A DNA stretch of 38,390 bases from an uncultured Bacillota bacterium (GTDB lineage Bacteria > Bacillota > Clostridia > Christensenellales > Borkfalkiaceae), in NCBI GenBank assembly GCA_949287815.1, contig CASEHS010000012.1, positions 26,866 through 65,255 of the forward strand, written 5' to 3'. Below are positions 9,155 to 19,044 of this stretch, piece after piece (the stretch's first letter is position 1; each line of letters opens with the position of its first letter). Under the pieces are notes generated by a model that was not told where the DNA came from, made no database searches, and saw nothing but the letters and a program-made list of their open reading frames with translations. The translations under genes and the position numbers were made by a program.

Positions 9155-9183
9155 TTGACAAAAATTATGCTTTGCGTTACAAT
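9155..9183 (+). promoter_or_regulatory. Consensus sigma-A promoter of dxs
   Basis: TTGACA (9155-9160), 17 nt, TACAAT (9178-9183). About 95-nt leader to the dxs ATG. Confidence 0.7.
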
Positions 9184-9280
9184 TAACAAAAAAAGAAGGA
9201 TTGCTTTTATCGGCGTTTGTTCGGTAAAAGGTATTATTCCGCTGCGCCCTGCGTAAAATAGAGAGCGCGGAGGGCAAAGC

Positions 9281-11089
9281 ATGCTGACGGACGAAATCAG
9301 AACATATAAGACAGGACAACTCAAACAACTTGCAAAAGAACTTCGGGAAGAGATCATCGGCGGCGTAAAGGAGAGCGGAGGGCATCTTTCTTCCAATCTC
9401 GGAACGGTGGAACTTACGCTTGCACTGCATAAAGTATTTTCATTTCCGCAGGATAAGTTGATTTTCGATGTAGGGCATCAGAGTTATACGCATAAACTGC
9501 TCACGGGCAGAACGCTTAAAAATCTTCGCCACGCTGGCGGAGCAAGCGGCTTTCCCGACCCTGAGGAGAGCGAATACGATACGTTCGCCTGCGGACACAG
9601 CGGAACGTCTGTCGCGCTCGGCATCGGACTTTGCAATGCGCGCGATCTTGCGGGGGGAAAGGAAAAAGTGATCGCCGTGATCGGAGACGCTTCGCTCGGC
9701 AACGGGCTTGCGCTCGAATCGATCTTTGCGGCGGACACGAAACCGAATAACTTTATCGTGATCCTCAACGATAACGGAATGTCTATCGATAAAAACAATT
9801 CCGCACTCTATAAATCCGTTTCTAAAATGACGGTAAAAAAGCGTTACCGCCGTTTTAATTCTTTTGTTTCGCGCGTATTTCGGGAAACGAGTGCGTTCGG
9901 CAGATATCTTCGGAAAATCAAATACAGTATCAAGGGCTGGCTCAATAAAAACGACTTTTTTGAGCGTTGCGGGTTCAAGTACATAGGCCCCGTGAACGGA
10001 CACGATCTTAACGAACTCGTCGCGGTTTTGTCGAATATCCGAGATCTTGAAGAACCTGTATTTTTGCATGCGATCACAAGAAAAGGGTACGGCTTCGATG
10101 CCGCGGAAGAGGATCCCGCCCGTTATCACGGAGTAGGCAAAAATTTTGCGGAAAGTGAAAATTCTTTTTCAAACGCGCTCGGAAGACATCTTTTGCTCCG
10201 CGCGGGCGAAGATAGAAACCTCGTGGCGGTAACTGCCGCCATGACGGACGGGGTAGGTCTTTCGGATTTTGCGAAAGCTTTTCCCGATCGGCTGTTCGAC
10301 GCGGGAATCTGCGAAAGTTATGCCGTGGCAATGGCTGCGGGTATGGCAAAGAGCGGTTTAAGGCCTGTTGTTTGTATCTATTCCACCTTTCTGCAACGCG
10401 CGTACGATCAGATCGTGCACGATGTGTGCCTGCAAAACCTGCCCGTAATTTTTTGTATCGATCGGGCGGGACTGGTCGGTTCGGACGGAAAAACGCACCA
10501 GGGGCTTATGGATATATCTTTTCTAAGATCCATTCCCAATCTTACTCTGTATGCGCCGAAAGACTGCGCAGAATTTGCGGATATTTTCGATTTTGCCTAT
10601 GCGGTGGGCAGACCTGCGGCGATCCGATACCCGAACGGCTATGCGCCTAATCTCGGTTCGGCGCGCAGGATAGAAACTTCGCTTTGGGAAATAATTTCGG
10701 ACGGCAACGGCGTTGCGGTGCTTGCCTGCGGTGCAAGGGCAGTAGCCCGCGCACTGGAAGCGAAAAAAATGGTCGCGCCGCTCAATCCGAAAATCATAAA
10801 TTGCAGAAGCATAGAGCCGTTGGACGAAAGAATTCTCGAAAGCGTTTCGGGAATGAAGATTTTAACTTTTGAAGAAGGTTATGCCTCGGGCGGGTTCGGC
10901 TCTGCGGTCGCCGAATATTATGCGAGAAACGCAAAGTCGGTGTTTTTGAAGATCATCGGCGCAGAGAGCGGGTTTGTGCCGCACGGAGCTTGCGAAGAGC
11001 AGGCGGCGTGGCTGAAAATTACGGCAAACGACCTCGCGTTGAAGATCCGCGCGGCTTTTTCGGACGGAAGAAACGGATATATTTTCTAA
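9281..11089 (+). CDS. dxs: 1-deoxy-D-xylulose-5-phosphate synthase
   Basis: 602 aa. TPP-binding GHSGTS...GDASLGNG and transketolase-like pyrimidine/C-terminal domains. Confidence 0.93.
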   Translation: MLTDEIRTYKTGQLKQLAKELREEIIGGVKESGGHLSSNLGTVELTLALHKVFSFPQDKLIFDVGHQSYTHKLLTGRTLKNLRHAGGASGFPDPEESEYDTFACGHSGTSVALGIGLCNARDLAGGKEKVIAVIGDASLGNGLALESIFAADTKPNNFIVILNDNGMSIDKNNSALYKSVSKMTVKKRYRRFNSFVSRVFRETSAFGRYLRKIKYSIKGWLNKNDFFERCGFKYIGPVNGHDLNELVAVLSNIRDLEEPVFLHAITRKGYGFDAAEEDPARYHGVGKNFAESENSFSNALGRHLLLRAGEDRNLVAVTAAMTDGVGLSDFAKAFPDRLFDAGICESYAVAMAAGMAKSGLRPVVCIYSTFLQRAYDQIVHDVCLQNLPVIFCIDRAGLVGSDGKTHQGLMDISFLRSIPNLTLYAPKDCAEFADIFDFAYAVGRPAAIRYPNGYAPNLGSARRIETSLWEIISDGNGVAVLACGARAVARALEAKKMVAPLNPKIINCRSIEPLDERILESVSGMKILTFEEGYASGGFGSAVAEYYARNAKSVFLKIIGAESGFVPHGACEEQAAWLKITANDLALKIRAAFSDGRNGYIF

Positions 11090-11160
11090 ATCTTACTTGT
11101 ATGTTTAAAAGCATTGTGACAGGGTAAGAATGAATAAAAAAACGGATAAAGGGATAGATA

Positions 11161-11928
11161 ATGCAATTTTTAAGCGCAATCAATCTGGACGCATCGTTTT
11201 CCGCCTGGCTGGGGGGAATTTTTGCGAAAATATTCGGCGATAACGCCTGGCTGGCAACGATACTGATCTCCATGATCCCGATGATCGAACTCAAAGGCGG
11301 CATTTTATTCGGCAGGAATGTAGATTTTTGGGGCAGGAACGCGCTTACGGCGGGGCAGGCGTATGCCTGCGGTCTTGCGGGCGGCCTGATCGTGACGATC
11401 ATACTCGCTCTGCTTTTGAAGCCTGTATTCGATTGGCTCAAAAAGACCAAGCTTTTCAGGCGTTTTGCGCTTCGTTTTGAAAAATCCGTACTTCGCAAGG
11501 CGGATAAGGCAGTAAAAGGCGGAGCAAGCGAAGATGTGAAAAAGAACTCGGAGCAGGAACAAAAGGAAGAAGAGACGAGCGGAAACGAAAAGAGAGTATT
11601 TTGGCAGATGCTCGGCGTGTTCTGTTTTGTTGCAGTGCCGCTGCCGCTCACGGGCGTGTGGATGGGTACGGCGATCGGGGTATTTATCGGGCTCAAATTC
11701 TGGCAGACGCTGATCGCGGCTTTTTGCGGAAATGCCGTTGCGGGCATCATCATCGTTTTGGTCAGCGAAATTTTCTTTGATTATCTGAATATTGTTTTTT
11801 TCATACTTTTAGGGATCGTCGCGGTGCTTATCGTTGTCGGTATCGTGAAAATGGTCATCGATTCCCGCCGCGAAAAACGGGAAGGGGTGAAAGAGGAGAA
11901 AAATTCGGACGAGAAAACAACAGATTAA
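11161..11928 (+). CDS. Polytopic membrane protein, COG2426 / putative small multidrug-export-like family
   Basis: 255 aa. Motifs IPMIELKGGILFG and GNAVAGIIIVLV resemble Pfam Sm_multidrug_ex. A charged central loop is inserted. Function unknown. Confidence 0.5.
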   Translation: MQFLSAINLDASFSAWLGGIFAKIFGDNAWLATILISMIPMIELKGGILFGRNVDFWGRNALTAGQAYACGLAGGLIVTIILALLLKPVFDWLKKTKLFRRFALRFEKSVLRKADKAVKGGASEDVKKNSEQEQKEEETSGNEKRVFWQMLGVFCFVAVPLPLTGVWMGTAIGVFIGLKFWQTLIAAFCGNAVAGIIIVLVSEIFFDYLNIVFFILLGIVAVLIVVGIVKMVIDSRREKREGVKEEKNSDEKTTD

Positions 11929-11957
11929 AATATTGATATAATATATAATAAAAAAAA

Positions 11958-11988
11958 GCGTAAGGAAAATTCCTTGCGCTTTTTTTGA
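11958..11988 (+). terminator. Rho-independent terminator
   Basis: agcgtaagg-aaaatt-ccttgcgct followed by TTTTTTT. Confidence 0.7.
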
Positions 11989-12044
11989 AAAAGTGTTTTC
12001 GGAAAGTAAAAATTATTGAATTGCGCATACTGAAAGTGTCGGAT

Positions 12045-12098
12045 TTTACAATTTAATTACAAAATACAGAAAAAGAATATACAATTTGGGGCTATACT
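12045..12098 (+). promoter_or_regulatory. pstS promoter with Pho-box-like TT(T/A)ACA direct repeats
   Basis: TTTACA 12045-12050, TTACAA 12057-12062, TATACA 12078-12083, with ACA cores phased 11 and 22 bp apart. Then 9 nt and the -10 TATACT 12093-12098. There is no -35, as in B. subtilis PhoP-activated promoters. Confidence 0.5.
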
Positions 12099-12130
12099 GA
12101 AATCACAAAGAAAGAAGGAGAAAAAAAGAA

Positions 12131-13027
12131 ATGAAGAAATTATTGCTTGCGATCCTTACAGTCGCATTGGCATGCGGTATCGGATTTGCCGCAGTAGGAT
12201 GTTCGGAAGAGGCGATGTCCGACACGATCAGCGTAATTACCCGTGAGGACGGTTCCGGCACGCGCGGTGCTTTTGTGGAACTTACGGGCGTACAGGCCGA
12301 AGTAGACGGCGAAAAAGTAGACAGAACGACAACTTCCGCGGAAGTTGCAAACTCCACGAGCGTTGTTATTCAGAAAGTCAAGGATAACAAGAGCGCGATC
12401 GGTTATGTTTCGCTCGGTTCGCTGACGGACGATATCAAAGCGGTACCTTACGAAGGCGTACAGGCGTCGGTTGAAAACATTAAAAACGGAACTTATAAAC
12501 TTTCCAGACCTTTCAATGTAGCTTACAAAGCGGATAACGACAACGCAACGCTTGCTGATTTCCTGAAATATATCAAGAGCGACGAAGCAAAGACGATCAT
12601 TGAAAGCGAAGGGTATATCGGACCTGAAAGTACGCAGGCTTACACCAAACCTGAAACTGCACCCACGGAAGAGCTTGTCATCAACGGATCTTCTTCGGTA
12701 CATCCTTTGATGGAAAAATTGGTCGCGGCATATTGCACGGCGTCGGGTGTTGCGGCATCTAAGATCAAACTCGGCTACAACGATTCGACTTCCGGAATGA
12801 ACGGCGCAATGAACGGAACATATGACCTTGGTATGGCTTCGCGTGAACTTAAAGCGGCGGAAGCAGAAGCGCTTACCGGATACGTGCTCGCTACGGACGG
12901 TATTGCGGTAGTCGTAAATAAATCCAACCCCGTTGAAAGTCTTACAAAAGACCAAATCTCTAAGATCTATATCGGAGAAGCAAAGAAATGGTCTGACGTC
13001 GGTGTAGACGTAAATGAAGCGAAATAA
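12131..13027 (+). CDS. pstS: Phosphate ABC transporter substrate-binding lipoprotein PstS
   Basis: 298 aa. Lipoprotein signal (LACGIGFAAVGC). ITREDGSGTRGAF and SGxxxA motifs of the PstS family. Confidence 0.9.
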   Translation: MKKLLLAILTVALACGIGFAAVGCSEEAMSDTISVITREDGSGTRGAFVELTGVQAEVDGEKVDRTTTSAEVANSTSVVIQKVKDNKSAIGYVSLGSLTDDIKAVPYEGVQASVENIKNGTYKLSRPFNVAYKADNDNATLADFLKYIKSDEAKTIIESEGYIGPESTQAYTKPETAPTEELVINGSSSVHPLMEKLVAAYCTASGVAASKIKLGYNDSTSGMNGAMNGTYDLGMASRELKAAEAEALTGYVLATDGIAVVVNKSNPVESLTKDQISKIYIGEAKKWSDVGVDVNEAK

Positions 13028-13040
13028 GCAGAACAATAAA

Positions 13041-13065
13041 GCGGGCTGGGAGCAGCCCGCTTTTT
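13041..13065 (+). terminator. Intra-operon hairpin/attenuating terminator between pstS and pstC
   Basis: gcgggctg-ggag-cagcccgc followed by TTTTT. Commonly found after pstS to raise PstS stoichiometry. Confidence 0.55.
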
Positions 13066-13102
13066 CCGCGTAAGGAAAAAGTATAAAAATTTTGGAGAAA
13101 AA

Positions 13103-14011
13103 ATGACAGAAACAACAATTACGCAAAACGGCGAAGCGGTGATCCGCAGAAACAAAAAGACAGACTTAAAAGAGCTGCTCATGAAAATCGTATTCATCAT
13201 CGCGGCAGTCTGTTTTATAGCAGCAGTGTTGATTATTTGCCTTTTTATATTCATGCAGGCAGTCCCTGCGATCGCGGAGATCGGATTTTTTAAATTCCTG
13301 TTCGGTACGGAATGGAAACCGTCGGACACAAACCCCAAATTCGGCATAGCGACGATGATCGTAGGTTCTTGCTATGTTACGGCAGGGGCGTTGGTTTTAG
13401 GCGTGCCTGTCGGATTTCTGACGGCGGTATTTATGGCAAGGTATTGCCCGAAACCGCTTTACAGGGTAATGAAACCCGTCACCAACATACTTGCGGGTAT
13501 TCCTTCCATCGTATACGGGTATTTCGGTCTGACCGTAATAGTCCCGCTTGTAAGAAGAACGTTCGGCGGTTCGGGTTCATCCATTTTAACTGCTTCGATC
13601 ATTCTTGCGATCATGATCCTGCCTACGATCATCAGCGTATCGGAAAACGCGATCCGTGCTGTGCCGAAGAGCTATTATGAAGGTGCGGTTGCGCTCGGGG
13701 CGACAAAAGAACGGGCAATCTTCTGCACGGAAGTGCCTGCTGCAAAATCGGGTATCGTAACTTCTATAATACTCGGGCTTGGCAGAGTCATCGGCGAAAC
13801 GATGGCGGTCGTTATGATCGCGGGAAACCAGCCGCAGTTCCCTTCCTCGATCACGGACGGTGTTCGAACGATGACCGCGAACATTGTATTGGAACTCGGC
13901 TATGCGACCGATCTTCACCGCGGTGCGCTGATCGCAACGGCGGCAGTGCTGTTCGTATTCATTCTGCTCATCACCATGCTGATCGCGCTTGTGCGCAGAA
14001 AGGCAAAATAA
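13103..14011 (+). CDS. pstC: Phosphate ABC transporter permease PstC
   Basis: 302 aa, 6 TM helices, PstC-type EAA loop. Confidence 0.9.
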   Translation: MTETTITQNGEAVIRRNKKTDLKELLMKIVFIIAAVCFIAAVLIICLFIFMQAVPAIAEIGFFKFLFGTEWKPSDTNPKFGIATMIVGSCYVTAGALVLGVPVGFLTAVFMARYCPKPLYRVMKPVTNILAGIPSIVYGYFGLTVIVPLVRRTFGGSGSSILTASIILAIMILPTIISVSENAIRAVPKSYYEGAVALGATKERAIFCTEVPAAKSGIVTSIILGLGRVIGETMAVVMIAGNQPQFPSSITDGVRTMTANIVLELGYATDLHRGALIATAAVLFVFILLITMLIALVRRKAK

Positions 14012-14021
14012 GGAGGAGAAC

Positions 14022-14948
14022 ATGGAAAAAGCAATTCCGATCGGAAAAGAACCGAAAAACGAACCTGATATATCCTCGATTGTGCCGATCAACCGCGTAA
14101 CTTTTGCAGACAAAATACGTTCATATCTGAAAAAGCCCTTTTCGTTTATGATCATGCTGCTCGTAATGCTGGCGGCGCTCATCACGGTTGGTTCGGTCGC
14201 ATGGGTCATTCTGCATACATTCATCAGCGGAATACCCAATCTCAAACCCGAACTTTTCGAATGGGAATATACCCCTGAAAATCTTTCCATGATGCCCGCC
14301 ATCATCAACACGCTGTTCATTGCGGCGGTGTCGCTTGCGATCGCAGTGCCGATCGGCGTGTTTGCGGCGATCTTCATGGTAGAATATGCAAAATCGACCA
14401 ATTTTCTCGTCAAAATCGTGAGAATGGCGGCAGAAACGCTTGCGGGCATCCCGTCTATCGTATACGGCATTTTCGGTATGCTGTGCTTTGTGTACTTTTT
14501 CGGCTGGGGCGAGAGCGTCCTTTCCGGCTCGCTTACGATGGCGCTTATGATCCTGCCTCTTGTGATGCGCACGACGGAAGAAGCCTTAAAAGCCGTGCCG
14601 GACACCTTCCGCGAAGGAAGTTATGCGCTGGGCGCGGGAAAACTTCGAACTATTTTTGTCATCATATTGCCTTCCGCAATGTCGGGTATCATTTCGGGCG
14701 TCATATTGGGTCTGGGCAGAGTCGTCGGCGAAACGGCGGCGCTCATATTCACGGCAGGTTCGTATTCGTTCGTGGCGGGAGGATTCATGGAAGGCGGCAG
14801 AACGCTTGCCGTACACGTATATATCCTTGCGTCTAACGGCTTATATGAGGATCAGGCCTGGGCGGCGGCGGTCGTTTTGATCTTGCTTGTCGTTGTGATC
14901 AACGGTCTTGCGGAATTTGTCGGAAACAAACTGAAAAAGGAGTACTGA
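14022..14948 (+). CDS. pstA: Phosphate ABC transporter permease PstA
   Basis: The ORF opens at 13989, but AAGGAGGAG then ATG at 14022 (MEKAIPIG) is the likely start. PstA-type permease. Confidence 0.88.
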   Translation: MEKAIPIGKEPKNEPDISSIVPINRVTFADKIRSYLKKPFSFMIMLLVMLAALITVGSVAWVILHTFISGIPNLKPELFEWEYTPENLSMMPAIINTLFIAAVSLAIAVPIGVFAAIFMVEYAKSTNFLVKIVRMAAETLAGIPSIVYGIFGMLCFVYFFGWGESVLSGSLTMALMILPLVMRTTEEALKAVPDTFREGSYALGAGKLRTIFVIILPSAMSGIISGVILGLGRVVGETAALIFTAGSYSFVAGGFMEGGRTLAVHVYILASNGLYEDQAWAAAVVLILLVVVINGLAEFVGNKLKKEY

Positions 14949-14949
14949 G

Positions 14950-15786
14950 GTGTTCTCGAAAAATAAAAAAGAAGAAAAAAGGACAGAGTCAATGGAAAAC
15001 AAAAACGCGGGAAATGCGGAAAAAACCTGCGATGCTTCAAAAAAATTCAGCGTAAGGAAACTCAATTTATACTATGGGAAGTTTCATGCCCTTAAAGATA
15101 TCACGATGGATATCTCGGCAAAGCAGATTACCGCACTGATCGGGCCTTCGGGTTGCGGAAAATCGACTTTTTTAAAGACGCTCAACCGCATGAACGACCT
15201 CGTTCCCGACTGTAAAATAACGGGCGAAGTGGAAATAGACGGAGAAGATCTTTACGGAAAAGTAGATATCAACGTATTGAGAAAGAGAGTAGGGATGGTT
15301 TTTCAGAAACCTAACCCGTTTCCGATGAGCGTATACGACAATATCGTTTACGGTCCGAAAACGCACGGTATCCGTAAAAAATCAGAGCTGGACGAGATCG
15401 TGGAGACGTCTTTAAGGAAAGCCGCGATCTGGGATGAACTGAAAGACAGGCTCAAAAAGAGCGCACTCGGTCTTTCGGGCGGACAGCAGCAAAGGCTTTG
15501 TATCGCCCGCGCCCTTGCGGTAGAGCCCGAAGTAATCCTCATGGACGAGCCGACAAGCGCTCTCGATCCGATCTCCACGTCGAAGATAGAGGATCTGGCG
15601 CAGGAACTCAAAGAAAAATATACGATCGTAATGGTCACGCACAATATGCAGCAGGCGGCGCGAATATCGGATAAAACGGCGTTTTTCCTGCTCGGCGATC
15701 TGATCGAATACGGAGAGACCGATCAGATCTTCAACCGCCCCGCGGATAAAAGGACGGAAGACTATATTACAGGGAGGTTCGGTTGA
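14950..15786 (+). CDS. pstB: Phosphate ABC transporter ATP-binding protein PstB
   Basis: Walker [10 protein letters not shown], signature LSGGQQQRL, Walker [15 protein letters not shown] start after AAGGAG. An alternative ATG at 14992 is possible. Confidence 0.9.
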   Translation: MFSKNKKEEKRTESMENKNAGNAEKTCDASKKFSVRKLNLYYGKFHALKDITMDISAKQITALIGPSGCGKSTFLKTLNRMNDLVPDCKITGEVEIDGEDLYGKVDINVLRKRVGMVFQKPNPFPMSVYDNIVYGPKTHGIRKKSELDEIVETSLRKAAIWDELKDRLKKSALGLSGGQQQRLCIARALAVEPEVILMDEPTSALDPISTSKIEDLAQELKEKYTIVMVTHNMQQAARISDKTAFFLLGDLIEYGETDQIFNRPADKRTEDYITGRFG

Positions 15787-15787
15787 T

Positions 15788-16447
15788 ATGACGAGGAAAC
15801 AGTACGACGAGCAGCTTTCGGAATTGAAAGGAATGCTGATCGAGATGGGCAGGTTGAACGCGGAAGCGGTAGAGGATATTTTCCGGGCGCTGAAAAAAGG
15901 GAAAGCCGAACCTGCAAAGAAAACAAAAGCACTGGAAATACTGGTAGACGAAAAAGAGAGTGAAACGGAACGGCTTTGTTTAAAACTTATTCTTAAACAG
16001 CAACCCGTGGCGAGCGATCTTCTTTTTGTAACGGCGGCAATGAAGATGATCACGGATATGGAGCGGATCGCGGACCAGGCGGAAGATATCGGGGATCTGA
16101 TCATAAAGACGGAAAACCTGAAAGACGCCCCTGAACTATCGGATATCGCCGAGATGTCCGAGCGGGTATGGAAAATGGTTTGCATGGCAATGGAAGCGTT
16201 TAAAGAACGCAATACCGATAAGGCGAAGGAGACCTGCCGTGCGGACGATGCGGTCGACGATCTTTTTGAAGAGATAAGAAACAGGCTGAACGCAAAGAGC
16301 AAGATCGCAAAGGAAGAGGAAGACGTCGAAATTGCATTGAATATGCTGATGATCGCAAAATACCTGGAACGCATAGGCGATCACGCCACAAACATTGCGG
16401 AATGGGTACTTTTCATGATGACGGGCGAACATAAAAAACTCAACTGA
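15788..16447 (+). CDS. phoU: Phosphate transport system regulator PhoU
   Basis: 219 aa with two PhoU repeats (ERIADQAEDI / ERIGDHATNIAEW). Confidence 0.9.
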   Translation: MTRKQYDEQLSELKGMLIEMGRLNAEAVEDIFRALKKGKAEPAKKTKALEILVDEKESETERLCLKLILKQQPVASDLLFVTAAMKMITDMERIADQAEDIGDLIIKTENLKDAPELSDIAEMSERVWKMVCMAMEAFKERNTDKAKETCRADDAVDDLFEEIRNRLNAKSKIAKEEEDVEIALNMLMIAKYLERIGDHATNIAEWVLFMMTGEHKKLN

Positions 16448-16490
16448 AAAACAGTCCGCCCATCTGTTTTTCAAAAATTACATAATCAAA

Positions 16491-16523
16491 AAAGCGGAGC
16501 AAACAGAGGTTGCTCCGCTTTTT
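16491..16523 (+). terminator. Rho-independent terminator after phoU
   Basis: aagcggagcaa-acagaggt-tgctccgctt followed by TTTTATT. Confidence 0.8.
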
Positions 16524-16524
16524 A

Positions 16525-16577
16525 TTACAAATTTATTACAAGTTTTACAAGTGTATTATACAACTTTTTCTTAAAAT
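16525..16577 (+). promoter_or_regulatory. Na/Pi-cotransporter promoter with Pho-box-like TTACA direct repeats
   Basis: TTACA at 16525, 16536 and 16545, and TATACA at 16557-16562. Then 9 nt and TAAAAT 16572-16577. Same box-to-(-10) geometry as the pstS promoter. Confidence 0.5.
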
Positions 16578-16631
16578 GGAAAATGTAAGTGGTTTACGAA
16601 GGAAAAAGTATACGCAAAGGAGAAATTCAGA

Positions 16632-18263
16632 ATGGAAGTTTTCTGGTCGATCGTACAGTTGTTGGCAGGTCTCGGAGCATTTTTGCTCGGTTTTAAAATT
16701 CTGTCCGACAACATCGAGAAACTGGCAACGAACAAATTGCGCGGATGGTTCGACAAGACGTCCAAGAGCAGACTTGCCGGCGTAGGCATCGGCGCGGGAG
16801 TTACGGCGATCATACAGAGTTCGTCGGCAACGACGGTCATGGTCGTAGGTTTTGTCAATGCGGGACTGATGTCTCTGTATTCGGCAACGGCGATCATCAT
16901 GGGCGCAAATATCGGTACTACGATCACGGCGCATATTGCATCCCTTTCGGCTGTAAACGTCATCGGGTTTGTCACATTGCTTACCTGCGTGGGCGTTTTT
17001 ATGGATATGCTCGCAAAGAGCAATAAAATAAAGACAGCCGGATTGATGCTCGCGGGTCTCGGTCTCGTGTTCTTGGGGCTGGAATATATGTCGGGCGCAA
17101 TGGAAATTTACAGAGATAACGCCGCATTCAAAGATTTTCTTCGTACGGTAAGCAATCCGTTCCTTCTCATTCTCATCGGTGTGGCATTCACCGCACTCGT
17201 GCAGTCGAGTTCGGCGGTAACTTCGCTTATTATCGTCATGGTCAATGCGAATCTGATGATCGGAAACGGCGGAAATGACGTATTGTTCCTTGTTCTGGGC
17301 AGCAATATCGGAACGTGTATCACGGCTATCCTTTCTTCGCTCGGCGCAAATACGAACGCGAAGCGCGCAAGTCTTATCCACCTCATGTTCAACGTATTCG
17401 GAACGGTCATTTTTACGGTTTTCCTGTTGTGCTGGCCTGCGTTTATGGAAATGACGCTTGCGAAATGGTTCTCTTCACCCGGACAGCAGATCGCAATGTT
17501 CCATACTTTCTTCAACGTCGTCTGCACCTGTATTTTCCTGCCGTTCACGGGCGTGTTCGTGAAAGTGGCTACCAAACTTATCCGCGACAGAAAGGGCGCG
17601 TCGGGTGCGGTTTCGGATGCGGCGCTTCTCGACGAACGTTTTATTCATACCCCTTCGATCGCGATCGCGCAGGCGAACAAGGAAACGGCATATATGGCAG
17701 GGCTTGCGATGCAGGCAATGGATCAGGCTTTCGGCGGATTCCTTAAAGGCGACGAGTCGGCAAAGGAAAAAGTGGATGCGCTCAATCAGCGCGTGTCCGA
17801 TTTGGAAAAGAAGATCGTGCAGTATCTGATCCGTATTTCTTCCGAGGATGCGTCTACTTCGGATGAAAAGATTATTTCGGCAATTCATCAGGCTACGGGC
17901 GATATTCTCAGAATAGGCGAACTTGCCGACAATATCACAAAATACACCCGCAACTGCAAGCGCGACAACGTGGAGTTCTCCGCGGGAGTCATGAAATCTC
18001 TTGAACAGATGTACGAAAAGATCACCGAACTTTACGAAAGCACTCTGGAAGTATTCGATAAAAAGGACATCACCGAACTCAAAACGGTGGATTCGATAGA
18101 GGAGGAGATCGACGCGGCGCGCAAAGAAATGATCGCCGATCATATCCGCAGGCTCAAAGAGGGCAAGTGCAAGGCTCAGTCGAGCGGTATCTTTATCAAT
18201 CTTGTCGGAAATCTGGAAAGGGCGGCAGACCATCTCACTTATGTGGCGCACGTTTTTGACTGA
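16632..18263 (+). CDS. Na+/phosphate cotransporter family protein (NptA-like) with C-terminal PhoU-like domain
   Basis: 543 aa. Duplicated QSSSATT / QSSSAVT motifs typical of Na/Pi-cotransporter II-related proteins, and a C-terminal PhoU-like helical domain. Confidence 0.88.
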   Translation: MEVFWSIVQLLAGLGAFLLGFKILSDNIEKLATNKLRGWFDKTSKSRLAGVGIGAGVTAIIQSSSATTVMVVGFVNAGLMSLYSATAIIMGANIGTTITAHIASLSAVNVIGFVTLLTCVGVFMDMLAKSNKIKTAGLMLAGLGLVFLGLEYMSGAMEIYRDNAAFKDFLRTVSNPFLLILIGVAFTALVQSSSAVTSLIIVMVNANLMIGNGGNDVLFLVLGSNIGTCITAILSSLGANTNAKRASLIHLMFNVFGTVIFTVFLLCWPAFMEMTLAKWFSSPGQQIAMFHTFFNVVCTCIFLPFTGVFVKVATKLIRDRKGASGAVSDAALLDERFIHTPSIAIAQANKETAYMAGLAMQAMDQAFGGFLKGDESAKEKVDALNQRVSDLEKKIVQYLIRISSEDASTSDEKIISAIHQATGDILRIGELADNITKYTRNCKRDNVEFSAGVMKSLEQMYEKITELYESTLEVFDKKDITELKTVDSIEEEIDAARKEMIADHIRRLKEGKCKAQSSGIFINLVGNLERAADHLTYVAHVFD

Positions 18264-18274
18264 AAAACAAAAGG

Positions 18275-18303
18275 TTGCGCTTTGAAAGAAATTGTGTTAT
18301 ACT
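18275..18303 (+). promoter_or_regulatory. Sigma-A promoter (extended -10) of the two-component genes
   Basis: TTGCGC (18275-18280), 17 nt, TGt-TATACT (18295-18303). Confidence 0.55.
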
Positions 18304-18338
18304 GAGGAAAACAACGGCAAAGGCCGGAGGAAACTGTT

Positions 18339-18995
18339 TTGAATAAAAAAGTATATCTTTTGGAAGACGATAAAACCATTGCGGAACTGGTGCGCTGCGC
18401 ACTGGAAATGTCGGGCACGGAAACGGAGTGTTTCGGAACGGTCGCCGAGTTTACGGCAGCGGCAGAGAAACAGCCGCCCGCGGTCGCGCTTTTGGATATC
18501 ATGCTTCCCGACGGCAACGGGCTGGACGTCCTTGCAAAACTCAAACAGAAATATCCGTCGGTGGGAGTGATCATGCTTTCCGCGCTCGGTCAGGAAACGG
18601 ATAAGGTAAAGGGGCTCAACCTCGGTGCGGACGATTATGTTTCCAAGCCGTTCGGGGTTTTGGAACTCACGGCTCGCGTCAATGCGCTTTTGCGTCGTTC
18701 GGCAGGGAGTTCTTCGCTTGTGCGCGGCAACTTATCTTTGGACGAAGAGACGATGACGGCAACTCTTCGCGGCGCGAAACTGGAACTCAACAATAAAGAA
18801 TTTCATCTTCTCAAATACCTGATGCAAAAGGAAGGCAAGGCGCTTTCCCGCGAGAACATTCTCAATGCGGTCTGGGGCTATGATGAGGGCGAAACGCGCA
18901 CGGTGGACAATCACATAGCGCGGCTTCGCAAACTCGGCATCGATTACATAGAAACTGTTTTCGGCGTAGGCTATAAATTCGTTTATAAAGAATAA
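18339..18995 (+). CDS. OmpR-family response regulator, PhoP/PhoB-like by context
   Basis: 218 aa. Receiver domain (LLEDD...D53-like LDIMLPDGNG) and winged-helix C-terminus. TTG start 8 nt after GGAGG. Confidence 0.88.
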   Translation: MNKKVYLLEDDKTIAELVRCALEMSGTETECFGTVAEFTAAAEKQPPAVALLDIMLPDGNGLDVLAKLKQKYPSVGVIMLSALGQETDKVKGLNLGADDYVSKPFGVLELTARVNALLRRSAGSSSLVRGNLSLDEETMTATLRGAKLELNNKEFHLLKYLMQKEGKALSRENILNAVWGYDEGETRTVDNHIARLRKLGIDYIETVFGVGYKFVYKE

Positions 18996-19044
18996 AGCAC
19001 CGTTCAAATGCAAAGGCGGCTGAAAACGCCGCAAGGCAGAAAAA

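Noticed and set aside
9184-9280. Possible TPP riboswitch in the 95-nt dxs leader
   Set aside because: No CUGAGA/ACCUGAUCUGGAUAAUGCCAGCG-like TPP-box elements. Only a short CCGCATTGCGG palindrome.
18996-19044. Hairpin GGCGGC-tgaaaac-GCCGC between response regulator and kinase as a terminator
   Set aside because: 5-bp stem with no U-tract. RR and HK are almost certainly co-transcribed.
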